A stretch of DNA of 62,392 nt, counting the filler. It is 9 parts of 9 records of this genome, joined end to end, with 100 filler letters (N's around TTAATTAATTAA, not from the genome) between each part and the next. Parts side by side here need not be neighbours in the genome. Positions count along the whole stretch, not along the records: positions 15,435 to 22,180 come from SRR31156797_13448; positions 22,281 to 29,028 come from SRR31156797_13460; positions 29,129 to 36,492 come from SRR31156797_13488; 6 more parts are not named here. One strand, 5' to 3'. The stretch's first letter is position 1. Each line of letters begins with the position of its first letter. Below, one piece after another: positions 20,083 to 29,758 of this stretch. The notes below the pieces were generated by a model, which was not told the DNA's origin, made no database searches, and saw nothing but the letters and a program-made list of their open reading frames with translations. A program made the position numbers and the translations under genes.

Positions 20083-22059
20083 ATGGGCGACGAAAAAAAG
20101 AAAGACATTGAAATCAAGGAACTAAACTTAAAAGAAATAACAATTTGCGAATCCACGGCTCAGATGCTTAAAAAAGCTGAAAAAGACGGAGTGGAAACGG
20201 CTTTTCATCGGGCCGCCGCCATGAAGCCGTGCCCGATCGGCGCGGATTCAGCCTGTTGCAAGCATTGTTCCATGGGCCCCTGCCGCTTGAGCGCCAAGGA
20301 TCCTTATGGCAAGGTCGGCGTTTGCGGCGCCACCATAGACACCATACAAGCCCGTAACTTCGCCCGCATGGTGGCGACAGGCGCGGCCGCGCATACGGAC
20401 CACGGCATGAGCATGCTCGATATGTTCCGTGAAGTAGTCAACGGCAACATAACCGATTATCAGATCAAGGACCCGCTCAAGCTGCGCGAGGTCGCGACTG
20501 AACTGGATATCGAAACCGAAGACCGGGAAGACGCAGATATCGCCATGGATCTCTACCAATTACTGGAGCGCACCTACACCCAGGTGGAAGGCGAAATTCC
20601 GCTGGTAAAACGGGTTCCGGAAAAAACCCTGGAAACGTGGCGGAAGCACGGGGTTGTTCCCAGGGGCGCCATGCGCGAAGTCATGGACCTTTTACACCGT
20701 ACTCATCTTGGCGTGGACCAGGAATACAATAGCATCACCAACCAATGCACCAGGACAGCTCTTTCCGACGGCTGGGGGGGCTCCATGGTCGCAACCGAGA
20801 TTGCCGACATCCTGTTCGGCACGCCCTTTCCCACGCGCGCCGAAGTGGACATGGGCTGCCTGCAGGAAGATCACGTCAATATTATTATCCACGGCCACGA
20901 ACCCAACCTTTTTGAATCCGTGCTGGCTTCATGCAACGACCCGTCATTGGTCAAGGCGGCCAAGGACGCCGGCGCCGCCGGAATCAACCTGCTGGGCATG
21001 TGTTGTTCCGGCGCGGAAATGATGTCCCGTCACGGAATCCCGCACGCCGGAAACTTTATGTCCACGGAAACAATTCTGGTCACAGGCGCGGTGGACGCCA
21101 TGGGCGTGGATGTCCAGTGCATCAAGCAGGGCCTGGCCAAGGTGGCCGACTGCTATGGCACCAAGCTGTTCACCACAAACCCCAGGTGCCATATTGAAGG
21201 CGTTGAACACATAGAATTTCACGAACACACGCCCAGGGAATGCACGGACCAGATTGTGGAAAACGCCATTGTCCGCTTCCAGTCCCGCAAAATGCCCATT
21301 GAAATTCCCAGGATCAAAACCATGGGCATCCACGGCTTTTCGCATGAATCAATTAATTACATGCTTGGCGGAACGTTCAGAAGCTCCTACACCCCGCTCA
21401 ATGATAACATCATCAACGGCAGGATCAGGGGCGTGGCCGGCGTTGTCGGTTGCACCAACCCGCGCGTCAAGCAGGACTGGGTCCACGTGGAGCTGGTCAA
21501 GGAACTGATTAAAAACGACGTGCTGGTCGTGCAGACCGGATGCTCCCAGATAGCCCTGGCCAAATCCGGGCTCTACCAGCCCGAAGCCGCGGCCCTGGCC
21601 GGACCCGGACTCAGGGAAGTCTGCGAAACCGTGGGCATGCCTCCTGTTTTGGGCATGGGTTCCTGCGTTGACAACAGCCGTATTTTGATCGCCTGCTCCG
21701 AAATGGTTAAAGTCGGCGGATTAGGGCAGAGTCTCGCCGATCTGCCGGTTGCAGGCGCCGCGCCGGAATGGATGAGTGAAAAAGCCATTTCCATCGGCCA
21801 GTATTTTGTCGGTTCGGGCGTGTTCACCGTTTTCGGAGTCACCTACCCGATAATTGAAAACACCAAGTTCCACGACCTGTTGTTTAACGGGTTGGCGGAG
21901 CAGGGTTTCGGCAAATGGGGATTTACAGCCGACCCGTATGAAATGGCCCGCATGATGATCGATCATATTGATGAACGCCGCAAAGCCCTTGGCATAGACA
22001 AGGCCCGCGAGCGCGTTTTGATGGATATGGCCGATCGGCAGAAGCTGGACGCCGCTTAG
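20083..22059 (+). CDS. cooS: Anaerobic Ni,Fe carbon monoxide dehydrogenase catalytic subunit
   Basis: CCKHCSMGPC..VCGA (D/B clusters); HGHEP, CCSG, QCI, GCTNP, TGC, GSCVDN (C-cluster ligands); SEKA; GGAGG RBS. Confidence 0.93.
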   Translation: MGDEKKKDIEIKELNLKEITICESTAQMLKKAEKDGVETAFHRAAAMKPCPIGADSACCKHCSMGPCRLSAKDPYGKVGVCGATIDTIQARNFARMVATGAAAHTDHGMSMLDMFREVVNGNITDYQIKDPLKLREVATELDIETEDREDADIAMDLYQLLERTYTQVEGEIPLVKRVPEKTLETWRKHGVVPRGAMREVMDLLHRTHLGVDQEYNSITNQCTRTALSDGWGGSMVATEIADILFGTPFPTRAEVDMGCLQEDHVNIIIHGHEPNLFESVLASCNDPSLVKAAKDAGAAGINLLGMCCSGAEMMSRHGIPHAGNFMSTETILVTGAVDAMGVDVQCIKQGLAKVADCYGTKLFTTNPRCHIEGVEHIEFHEHTPRECTDQIVENAIVRFQSRKMPIEIPRIKTMGIHGFSHESINYMLGGTFRSSYTPLNDNIINGRIRGVAGVVGCTNPRVKQDWVHVELVKELIKNDVLVVQTGCSQIALAKSGLYQPEAAALAGPGLREVCETVGMPPVLGMGSCVDNSRILIACSEMVKVGGLGQSLADLPVAGAAPEWMSEKAISIGQYFVGSGVFTVFGVTYPIIENTKFHDLLFNGLAEQGFGKWGFTADPYEMARMMIDHIDERRKALGIDKARERVLMDMADRQKLDAA

Positions 22060-22082
22060 AACTTAATTACTATTACCCTTAT

Positions 22083-22117
22083 ACCGGCCGCATCCGATAG
22101 GGTGCGGCCGGTTTTTT
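22083..22117 (+). terminator. Rho-independent terminator after cooS
   Basis: ACCGGCCGCATCC-GATA-GGGTGCGGCCGGT followed by T-run. Confidence 0.85.
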
Positions 22118-22387
22118 ATTCTGAATGGCGCCGGATGCGGTGGTCAATGAAAAACTGTTCGGGAAGATCTTAACTTTTATNNNNNNNNNNNNNNNNNNNN
22201 NNNNNNNNNNNNNNNNNNNNNNNNTTAATTAATTAANNNNNNNNNNNNNNNNNNNNNNNNNNNNNNNNNNNNNNNNNNNNCAAGATACATTTTGCAGATG
22301 GGTTGAATCATTACCATATGCGAAAGAATTAATTATATTAGAAAAATAATTAATTAATATTGTAGAGTTTAAAGTTTGGGGGAGATT

Positions 22388-22888
22388 ATGAGTTTTAAAC
22401 ATCTTGAAAAAAAGATAATATTTAAAAATGATCTATTATGTATTAAAGAAGAATTACTCGAACTTCCAAATGGAAAGCAAGCAATATGGAATATGATTGT
22501 TGCCAGTGATGCAGTTGCAGTACTTGCCGAAACTGATAATAATGAAATACTATTTGTTGAGCAATATCGGCCTGCTATTAAAGAAAAACTTTTGGAAATC
22601 CCTTCCGGCATAATTGATGAAGGTGAATTCCCTGAAGCAGCAGCATTCAGAGAGTTGGAAGAAGAAACTGGTTATAAGGCTGAAAAACTAGAAAAACTGG
22701 GAACTTTTTATACTAGTCCGGGATTTTCACACAGCCAACTTCATTTATTTAGAGCATTTAATTTAACCAAAACACAACAGGATTTAGATGATGCTGAGTT
22801 TTTGGAAGTAGTTAAAATTAAAAAAGATAAACTTAAAGATTTAAAACTTAAGGATATTAAAACAAAATTAATATTATCATATTTATAA
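22388..22888 (+). CDS. NUDIX hydrolase (ADP-ribose pyrophosphatase-like)
   Basis: GIIDEGEFPEAAAFRELEEETG Nudix box, QYR, SPG. Confidence 0.9.
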   Translation: MSFKHLEKKIIFKNDLLCIKEELLELPNGKQAIWNMIVASDAVAVLAETDNNEILFVEQYRPAIKEKLLEIPSGIIDEGEFPEAAAFRELEEETGYKAEKLEKLGTFYTSPGFSHSQLHLFRAFNLTKTQQDLDDAEFLEVVKIKKDKLKDLKLKDIKTKLILSYL

Positions 22889-22925
22889 ATTAAAAGAGAG
22901 GATTTTTCCTCTCTTTTAATTTATA
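22884..22925. terminator. Bidirectional terminator between convergent genes
   Basis: Perfect 19-bp inverted repeat TATAAATTAAAAGAGAGGA / TCCTCTCTTTTAATTTATA. Confidence 0.85.
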
Positions 22926-22940
22926 CTCAAATTTTCTTTT

Positions 22941-23480
22941 CTACACTAGCTTTTTTAAAGCCTTATCAAAATCCTTATTTTCTCTAATCATTCTGGTATT
23001 TTTAAGAAACCAATCAAATTCACTTGAGCTTAATCCTAATTTTTCCTTTAAATAATCCTCTAATTTTGATCTCTCTTCAGGAAGAAGCATTTTTTTATTC
23101 TTACTATTAATTTGCTCAATTGTCCCAGCCCCTTTTATATAGCTAATCAGTTTTTTCCAATTTCTGATTAAAGGTGCCTTTCTAAGTAACATTATATTAG
23201 TATAATTTAATTCGGGAATTTCAGAAAATCCATTATCTTCCAAAAAATTCAAGACCTCTCTATTATTTCTTGATTCATATAATAACTCTCCAGCCTTTTT
23301 GGTATTCATAATTTTGGGAGTTTTACTCTTATAATCTCTCACTTTAAGGAACTTCGAAAGTGGGATATTTCTCGTTTCCAAGTAGAATTCAATAGCAAAA
23401 TCATTAAAAGTCTGTTTTTCTGGTATAGTTGTACCAGAAATGTACTCAATCAAGTTTTCAATTTTAGAAAAGTTAGTCAT
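22941..23480 (-). CDS. Hypothetical protein
   Basis: 179-aa ORF with GGAGG RBS; no motif recognised. Confidence 0.75.
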   Translation of the reverse strand: MTNFSKIENLIEYISGTTIPEKQTFNDFAIEFYLETRNIPLSKFLKVRDYKSKTPKIMNTKKAGELLYESRNNREVLNFLEDNGFSEIPELNYTNIMLLRKAPLIRNWKKLISYIKGAGTIEQINSKNKKMLLPEERSKLEDYLKEKLGLSSSEFDWFLKNTRMIRENKDFDKALKKLV

Positions 23481-23577
23481 GCAAATACACCTCCATATGT
23501 AAAAATAGCTAAATTACAGACCTATCTAATAAAAATTAATCCAACTAAAAACTAAGCTTATTTTATACTGAAATTAC

Positions 23578-23605
23578 ACTTAATATAATAGGGATTATCT
23601 TTATT
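23578..23605 (+). other. dif-like 11-6-11 recombination site candidate
   Basis: ACTTAATATAA-TAGGGA-TTATCTTTATT resembles the Firmicutes/Proteobacteria dif layout (..ATAA N6 TTAT..). Confidence 0.4.
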
Positions 23606-23737
23606 ATAACACTAAAGACTAATAAAATCAAGCATTAATTAAATTTTCAAGTAATTTAAATTCAAATAATAAAAGTATTAATAATTTTTATTTCAACTAA
23701 TAATATAAGTTGGATAAAAAAAGAGGATCAATATTTT

Positions 23738-24295
23738 TTATTGATCCTCAGGCCTGATATCAGGTTTTCCATTTTTCCAATTACCTTGATAGATTATTTC
23801 GGAATTCTCATAATAAATTCCTTGACCTTCAAGTATTCCGTTTTTAACTTCTCCACTATAAAAAATCTTACCATTGTGATAAAATTTCCCCTCTCCATGT
23901 GGAGTCCCTTCAACTACTTCACCTTCGTAGTAAATTATATTATTTTCATACAATTTTCCTTTACCGGAAATTTTTCCCTTCTTAGCTTCTCCACTGTATA
24001 GTAAGTTTCCATTTTCAGAATAAAATTTTCCCTGGCCATGCGGTAAATTTTTTTTAACTTCGCCTTCATAATATAATTTATTGTTTCGATATAACTTTCC
24101 AATACCGGTAGCGTTTCCTCGAATAAAATCACCACGATAAACTAATACTCCATCTTGTGAATAAAACTCCCCTTTTCCATGAGGAAAGGAGTGTTTTGTT
24201 TTCCCCTTATACATTAACTGCCCATTTCCATAATATATTTCTTCTGCTAAACTAAGCATAGAGATAAATAGAAAACAGATAATAAATTTTTTCAT
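23738..24295 (-). CDS. Secreted MORN-repeat protein
   Basis: Signal peptide; repeated YEGEVKxxxPHGxGKFY units. Confidence 0.85.
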   Translation of the reverse strand: MKKFIICFLFISMLSLAEEIYYGNGQLMYKGKTKHSFPHGKGEFYSQDGVLVYRGDFIRGNATGIGKLYRNNKLYYEGEVKKNLPHGQGKFYSENGNLLYSGEAKKGKISGKGKLYENNIIYYEGEVVEGTPHGEGKFYHNGKIFYSGEVKNGILEGQGIYYENSEIIYQGNWKNGKPDIRPEDQ

Positions 24296-24319
24296 TAACT
24301 GTCCTTTCAAATGAATCGA

Positions 24320-25297
24320 TTAATCAATAGAAGGTAATCTACTAATTGCACGTTTCTCTAGTATATTTTTTGCGTTAATATAAACTTCAGTAACTTTTGA
24401 ATCAGCATGACCTAAAAAATCTCTGATTTCCAAAATGTCGGCACCCTTTAATGATAACTCTGTAGCAACTGAATGTCGAATATTATGCGGACTTATTTGC
24501 TTTTCAATTGATTCACCAAGAGTACGTATGATTCTGTATAAATTATTATAAGTCATTTGCTTATTTTTTTCAAAGTTAGATGGGAAAAGATACCTTTCAG
24601 ACATATCCTTTTCATCTAACATATATAGCTTAACAATATAATCTGAGTATTTCATTATTTTTTTATGGCAATCATGATGTAAAGGTTTATATTGAACTTT
24701 TCCACTTTTGGTTTTCTCAAGCATTAATACTAATTCGCCATTTCGTTCAATTATATTTTTATACTTAAGATTTAATAATTCAGAACTTCTAACCCCGGTA
24801 TAAAAAAGAGTATAAAGTATTGTATAATTCCTAAGTGAAATATCATCTTCTATTTTCATATTATTAAGAATATGCTTTATCTCTTCAAAAGATACTTTTA
24901 GTATATTATCATAATTTTGTGTTGTTGCTTTTAGTGTTGGTATGAATTTAAAAGGATTATTAAATCCTTTTCTTTCCAATTCATTATATAAACTTTTCAA
25001 TGAAAATATGATTTTGTTTATTGATGTATTTTTTAACTTCTTTTCATTTATTAAATAATGTAAGTAATCCTCTATATCTTCAGTATCGATATTTATCATC
25101 ATATTGATAATTTCCTTTTGATTGCTCATATCCACATTATCATAAGTGTATGAGAGAAATTTATTTAGATAAAACATATAATCCTTTAATGTTTTTTCCG
25201 ATTTGTATATAGAGAAAATTGAAGCATCAAAATTTCGTTCTTTTTTCTTTTTTCTTTTTTTTTGTACAATTTCAAAATCTTTTTTAACTATTTCCAT
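24320..25297 (-). CDS. Tyrosine recombinase (XerC/D-like)
   Basis: YTGVRSSE, KTKSGK, HNIRH, LGH, TEVY: complete catalytic set. Confidence 0.9.
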   Translation of the reverse strand: MEIVKKDFEIVQKKRKKKKERNFDASIFSIYKSEKTLKDYMFYLNKFLSYTYDNVDMSNQKEIINMMINIDTEDIEDYLHYLINEKKLKNTSINKIIFSLKSLYNELERKGFNNPFKFIPTLKATTQNYDNILKVSFEEIKHILNNMKIEDDISLRNYTILYTLFYTGVRSSELLNLKYKNIIERNGELVLMLEKTKSGKVQYKPLHHDCHKKIMKYSDYIVKLYMLDEKDMSERYLFPSNFEKNKQMTYNNLYRIIRTLGESIEKQISPHNIRHSVATELSLKGADILEIRDFLGHADSKVTEVYINAKNILEKRAISRLPSID

Positions 25298-25533
25298 AAA
25301 TTACCTCCTCTATACATTATATCCCTTTTATCCTTAATATGCAATGAAAATCAAGTACATTATCTTTATATAAACATATTAATTTTATTGATAAATAGCT
25401 AAAAGATTATTAATTACATAAAGATATATTTGTAATATTTACAAATTTTGACCCATTAAAGTGATACAAAATTCCCATTCATTTTATATATTTAAACGAT
25501 ATATTATTTACATATGATTAATAATATTTATCA

Positions 25534-25562
25534 TTGACAACGTATTAATATAGTGATACAAT
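25534..25562 (+). promoter_or_regulatory. Sigma70 promoter of liv operon
   Basis: TTGACA-N17-TACAAT with extended TG. Confidence 0.65.
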
Positions 25563-25596
25563 AAAATAATCAAAAATGTGGAGGTGTTATATTATT

Positions 25597-26718
25597 ATGA
25601 AGAAAAATTTATTAGCTTTAGTAGCTTTCTTCGTTTTATGTGTTTTATCTTTTGGAAAGGAAATTAAAGTTGGAGTAATTATGCCATTATCTGGGCCAAT
25701 TGCAGTTTATGGACAAACTACTTACAACGGAATGAAACTTGCAATTCAAGAGATTAATGAAAATGGTGGAATTGATGGTAATATGATTAAACTTATCGTT
25801 GAAGATAACAAAGGAGATTCAGCGGAAAGTGTTACGGCATTCAAAAAATTAGCAAATGTTGATAAAATTGATGCTTTACTTGGACCAGTTGCAAGTTCAA
25901 ACTGTTTAGCAGTTGCACCTGTAGCTCAAGAATATGGTATTCCTATGATGACATCAAGTGGTACAAGTGTTAAAGTAACGCAAGTTGGAGATTTTATTTC
26001 AAGAGCATGTTTTATTGATCCATTCCAAGGTTCAGTAATGGCAAACTTTGCAAAAGATTCTTTAAATGCAAAAACTGCAATTATATTCAAAGATGTTAAC
26101 AGTGATTATAGTGAAGGTTTAACAAATGAATTCACTAAAACATTTACTAAAAGAGGCGGAGAAATTATTACTGTTGTTAACTATGTAGCTGGAGATATCG
26201 ATTTTTCATCTCAATTAACTAAAATCAGAAGAATGAAAGCTGACGTAGTTTTCGTACCTGGTTACTATAATGAAGCAGCATTAATCGTTAACCAAGCAAG
26301 AGATTTAAGAATAAACTCTACTTTCTTAGGTGCTGACGGATGGGATAATGGTAAATTATTCGAAATCGCTGGAGAAGCATTAAATGGAAGTTTCGTAAGT
26401 ACTCACTTCTCTTCTGAAAGTGAAGATGAAGTTGTTCAAAACTTTATTAATAACTATTTTGATGAATTCTTCGAAGATCCAAACGTATTATCTGCTTTAG
26501 GTTATGACGCAGCAAACATTATGGCAGAAGCTTTTGATAGAGCTAACTCAACTAATAAAGTAAAAGTTAAAAATGCAATTAATTCAACTAAAGATTTCAA
26601 AGGTGTTACAGGAATCATTACTTTAGATGAAAATAGAAATGCAAACAAATCTGCATTCGTAATGGAAGCTAAAAATGGAGCTTTTGTTTATAAAGCTACT
26701 GTAGATCCGGTAGAATAG
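25597..26718 (+). CDS. Branched-chain amino acid ABC transporter substrate-binding protein (LivJ/K family)
   Basis: IKVGVIMPLSG, RACFIDPFQG, GYDA, GVTG.ITLD; signal peptide; GGAGG RBS. Confidence 0.92.
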   Translation: MKKNLLALVAFFVLCVLSFGKEIKVGVIMPLSGPIAVYGQTTYNGMKLAIQEINENGGIDGNMIKLIVEDNKGDSAESVTAFKKLANVDKIDALLGPVASSNCLAVAPVAQEYGIPMMTSSGTSVKVTQVGDFISRACFIDPFQGSVMANFAKDSLNAKTAIIFKDVNSDYSEGLTNEFTKTFTKRGGEIITVVNYVAGDIDFSSQLTKIRRMKADVVFVPGYYNEAALIVNQARDLRINSTFLGADGWDNGKLFEIAGEALNGSFVSTHFSSESEDEVVQNFINNYFDEFFEDPNVLSALGYDAANIMAEAFDRANSTNKVKVKNAINSTKDFKGVTGIITLDENRNANKSAFVMEAKNGAFVYKATVDPVE

Positions 26719-26729
26719 TGTAAATTATC

Positions 26730-26769
26730 CAGCACCTACCTTTTGAAGTTAGGTGCTGTTTTATTTTTT
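26730..26769 (+). terminator. Intercistronic stem-loop after the binding-protein gene
   Basis: CAGCACCTA..TAGGTGCTG followed by T-rich tract. Confidence 0.6.
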
Positions 26770-26789
26770 GAAATTTAAGGAGGTAAAGG

Positions 26790-27899
26790 ATGTTTTTTCA
26801 ACAGTTAATTAATGGATTGTCTTTAGGTTCTATATACGCATTAATAGCCTTGGGTTATACAATGGTTTATGGAATTCTAAGATTAATAAATTTTGCTCAT
26901 GGTGAAATTTATATGTTAGGAGCGTATGTAGGGTATTATGGATTTAGGCTGACTTTTCTATTAGGTTTAGCTAAAAAATTCAATGTTAACAAAGAAATAG
27001 CAATGAATTTCTTGGACAAGACTAATATATTAGGGCAAAATCCAAAATTATTAATGAAGTATTTGGCCAAAAATTATGAAGCTTTTGGTATTGTTAAGGA
27101 TAAAGCTTTTAGAAAATCTATCCAAGCTGTAGCTGAAAAGCAGGTAGAAGGTTTAGTTAAAATGAATGAATTTCTTGAAGATTACTCGGTACTTATTTTC
27201 TTAGTAATTTTACTAGGTTCAATGTTTGTAACTGCTTTAATTGGTTTAGTTATTGAGAAATTAGCATATAAACCATTAAGAAATGCTACTAGAATTTCAG
27301 CTTTATTAACAGCATTAGGAGTTTCAATTTTCTTACAAAATGGAAGTATTAAAATATTTGGTGGAGATCCGAAGGCTTTCCCTCAATTAATTAAGTCTCA
27401 ATATTATGATATTACTGAGAATATCTTAGTCTCAAACCATCAGTTGATTATCATTTTCGTATCACTTTTACTTATGATTTTACTTGAAGTAATTGTACAT
27501 TATACTAAATCGGGTAAAGCAATGAGAGCAGTTGCTTTCGATAAGGATACGGCTCAACTTATGGGAATAGATGCAAATAAAGTTATATCATTTACTTTTG
27601 CAATTGGTTCAGCATTAGCTGCTGCTGCTGGTGTACTTATCGGAATGAGATTCAACAAAATTGATCCGTTAATGGGTGCTTTACCTGGATTAAAAGCATT
27701 CGTTGCTGCCGTTTTAGGTGGAATCGGAAGTATTCCTGGTGCCGTAATTGGTGGATTAATTATGGGTGTTTCGGAAGCATTAGTAGTTGGATATATATCG
27801 TCTACATATAGAGATGCTATTGCATTTGCTATACTTATAGTTATCCTACTGGTTAAACCAGCAGGAATTATGGGTAAAGCTGTTAGAGAAAAGGTATAG
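26790..27899 (+). CDS. livH: BCAA ABC permease LivH with internal insertion
   Basis: QQLINGLSLGSIYALIALGYTMVYG..INFAHG; GLKAFVAAVLGGIGSIPGA. Confidence 0.9.
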   Translation: MFFQQLINGLSLGSIYALIALGYTMVYGILRLINFAHGEIYMLGAYVGYYGFRLTFLLGLAKKFNVNKEIAMNFLDKTNILGQNPKLLMKYLAKNYEAFGIVKDKAFRKSIQAVAEKQVEGLVKMNEFLEDYSVLIFLVILLGSMFVTALIGLVIEKLAYKPLRNATRISALLTALGVSIFLQNGSIKIFGGDPKAFPQLIKSQYYDITENILVSNHQLIIIFVSLLLMILLEVIVHYTKSGKAMRAVAFDKDTAQLMGIDANKVISFTFAIGSALAAAAGVLIGMRFNKIDPLMGALPGLKAFVAAVLGGIGSIPGAVIGGLIMGVSEALVVGYISSTYRDAIAFAILIVILLVKPAGIMGKAVREKV

Positions 27900-27910
27900 G
27901 AGTGATATAA

Positions 27911-28768
27911 ATGGAACAATACATATTGTTAGTAGTATTATTCATATTGATAAACATAATTTTAGCTATTAGTCTTAACGTAGTAAATGGACTAATGGGT
28001 TATCTTTCATTAGGACATGCTGGTTTCATGGCTGTTGGAGCATATACATCTGCAATTTTAGCTACTAATTATGGAATTCCTATTCCAATTTCTGTAGTAT
28101 GTGGAGCTTGTCTAGCCGGATTAGCTGGTCTATTTATCGGTTTTCCGGTATTAAGATTAAAAGGTGATTACCTTGCAATCGTTACACTTGGATTTGGTGA
28201 AATTATTAGAATTGTTATTCTAAACATGACAATTACAGGTGGAGCAAAAGGTTTCCCTGGAGTTATTGGTTTAGGTGGAATTAGTGGATTGATTATTACA
28301 CTTTTCTTCACTATTGGAACTGTTTGGATTATTACAAACATTGCAACTTCGGCAGAAGGAAGAGCATTTTTATCAATTAGAGAAAATGAAATCGCTGCTG
28401 AATCAATGGGTGTTAACTTAACTAGATATAAAATGAAAGCATTTGTAATCGGAGCTTTCTTTGCTGGTGTTGCCGGTGGTTTATATGCACATGTATTCCA
28501 ATTTATTAAACCAGATAACTTCAACATGTATAAAACAGTTGATGTATTATTAATGGTTGTACTTGGAGGAAGTGGAAGTTTAACAGGATCAGTATTAGCT
28601 GCAATTACATTAACAATTGTATCTGAAAGTTTAAGAAAATTTGCAGAATACAGAATGATTGTTTATCCATTAATGCTTATATTATTAATGATTCTGAGAC
28701 CAAACGGTATATTAGGTAAAAAAGAGATTACAGATTTTATCTCTTTTAAGAAGAGAGGTGCTAAATAA
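27911..28768 (+). CDS. livM: BCAA ABC permease LivM
   Basis: SLGHAGFMAVGAY, LRLKGDYLAIVTLGFGEIIR. Confidence 0.9.
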   Translation: MEQYILLVVLFILINIILAISLNVVNGLMGYLSLGHAGFMAVGAYTSAILATNYGIPIPISVVCGACLAGLAGLFIGFPVLRLKGDYLAIVTLGFGEIIRIVILNMTITGGAKGFPGVIGLGGISGLIITLFFTIGTVWIITNIATSAEGRAFLSIRENEIAAESMGVNLTRYKMKAFVIGAFFAGVAGGLYAHVFQFIKPDNFNMYKTVDVLLMVVLGGSGSLTGSVLAAITLTIVSESLRKFAEYRMIVYPLMLILLMILRPNGILGKKEITDFISFKKRGAK

Positions 28769-29028
28769 TGTTATTAGAAGTACACGAGTTAACTAAACAA
28801 TTTGGTGGTCTTACTGCTGTAGATAACGTTACTTTAAATATAGGAAAAAATGAATTATTGGGTTTGATCGGTCCAAATGGTGCGGGAAAGACAACTTTCT
28901 TTAACTTACTTACTGGTGTTTATGAACCTACAAATGGATATGTAAAATTACTTGGTGAAGATATTACAGCTCAAAAGCCTCATAGAATCACAGAAAAAGG
29001 AATGGCTAGAACTTTCCAAAACATTAGA
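28768..29028 (+). CDS. livG: BCAA ABC ATPase LivG, 3'-truncated
   Basis: FGGLTAV, GPNGAGKTT, ARTFQNIR. Confidence 0.9.
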
Positions 29029-29128
29029 NNNNNNNNNNNNNNNNNNNNNNNNNNNNNNNNNNNNNNNNNNNNTTAATTAATTAANNNNNNNNNNNNNNNN
29101 NNNNNNNNNNNNNNNNNNNNNNNNNNNN

Positions 29129-29196
29129 AAAAGTTTTGGGATTCTTAAACCCTTTTTCCAAAAGGGGTTAAGGCCCCCGGAGGGCCGCCGGAGGCA
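29129..29196. repeat. REP-like palindromic intergenic element (partial)
   Basis: Hairpin CTTAAACCCTTTT/AAAAGGGGTTAAG followed by GC-rich GGCCCCCGGAGGGCCGCCGGAGGC at the contig edge. Confidence 0.5.
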
Positions 29197-29197
29197 A

Positions 29198-29548
29198 TCA
29201 TCCTACGCGCCCGAGTGGGTCTTCTTCCATTCTGGACTGGCAGGACACGCAAAATCTGGTGGTTGGTTTTGCCTTAATACGCGTGATGGTAATTTCCTCT
29301 CCGCAATCTTCGCAGATACCGAAATCCCAGCTGTCAACACGGCTCAGCGTATCTTCCATATCACTGATAAGATTACTTTCGCGCACATGCAGGGCAAGGT
29401 TGATTTTCTGTTCGCTGATTCGGGAAGCGTACTCGTTGTCATCTGCACAACTTTCAACTGCGGTGTCGCGGGACTGGCTTCGGTTAATGAGTTCTGCAAG
29501 TTTCTCTTCAAGGTGTTTCTTGATGCAGGCTCTCTGAGAAGAATTCAT
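29198..29548 (-). CDS. TraR/DksA C4-type zinc finger protein
   Basis: DDNE acidic tip; CEDC..CVSC. Confidence 0.88.
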   Translation of the reverse strand: MNSSQRACIKKHLEEKLAELINRSQSRDTAVESCADDNEYASRISEQKINLALHVRESNLISDMEDTLSRVDSWDFGICEDCGEEITITRIKAKPTTRFCVSCQSRMEEDPLGRVG

Positions 29549-29686
29549 AATAAACCTCCGGCTCCTGTTGTGGAATTGATTATTGATCCTTTGACTATGG
29601 GGTTTATACGCCTGCCTGTCCGGGAAAAAAACGCAATTCGGTTACGGAAGTGAAACGTTATTATGGATTTAGCTTGGTATTTTAAA

Positions 29687-29717
29687 AGGCGACTTTACGG
29701 GATTCATAAAGTCGCCT
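29687..29717. terminator. Stem-loop downstream of methyltransferase
   Basis: AGGCGACTTTA / TAAAGTCGCCT inverted repeat. Confidence 0.55.
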
Positions 29718-29758
29718 GAGAGCATAAGTCATAGATGATAATTATGAGGTTTTGGAGA

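Noticed and set aside
22281-22349. C-terminal fragment QDTFCRWVESLPYAKELIILEK at contig start
   Set aside because: Probably a real gene end, but too short to assign a function
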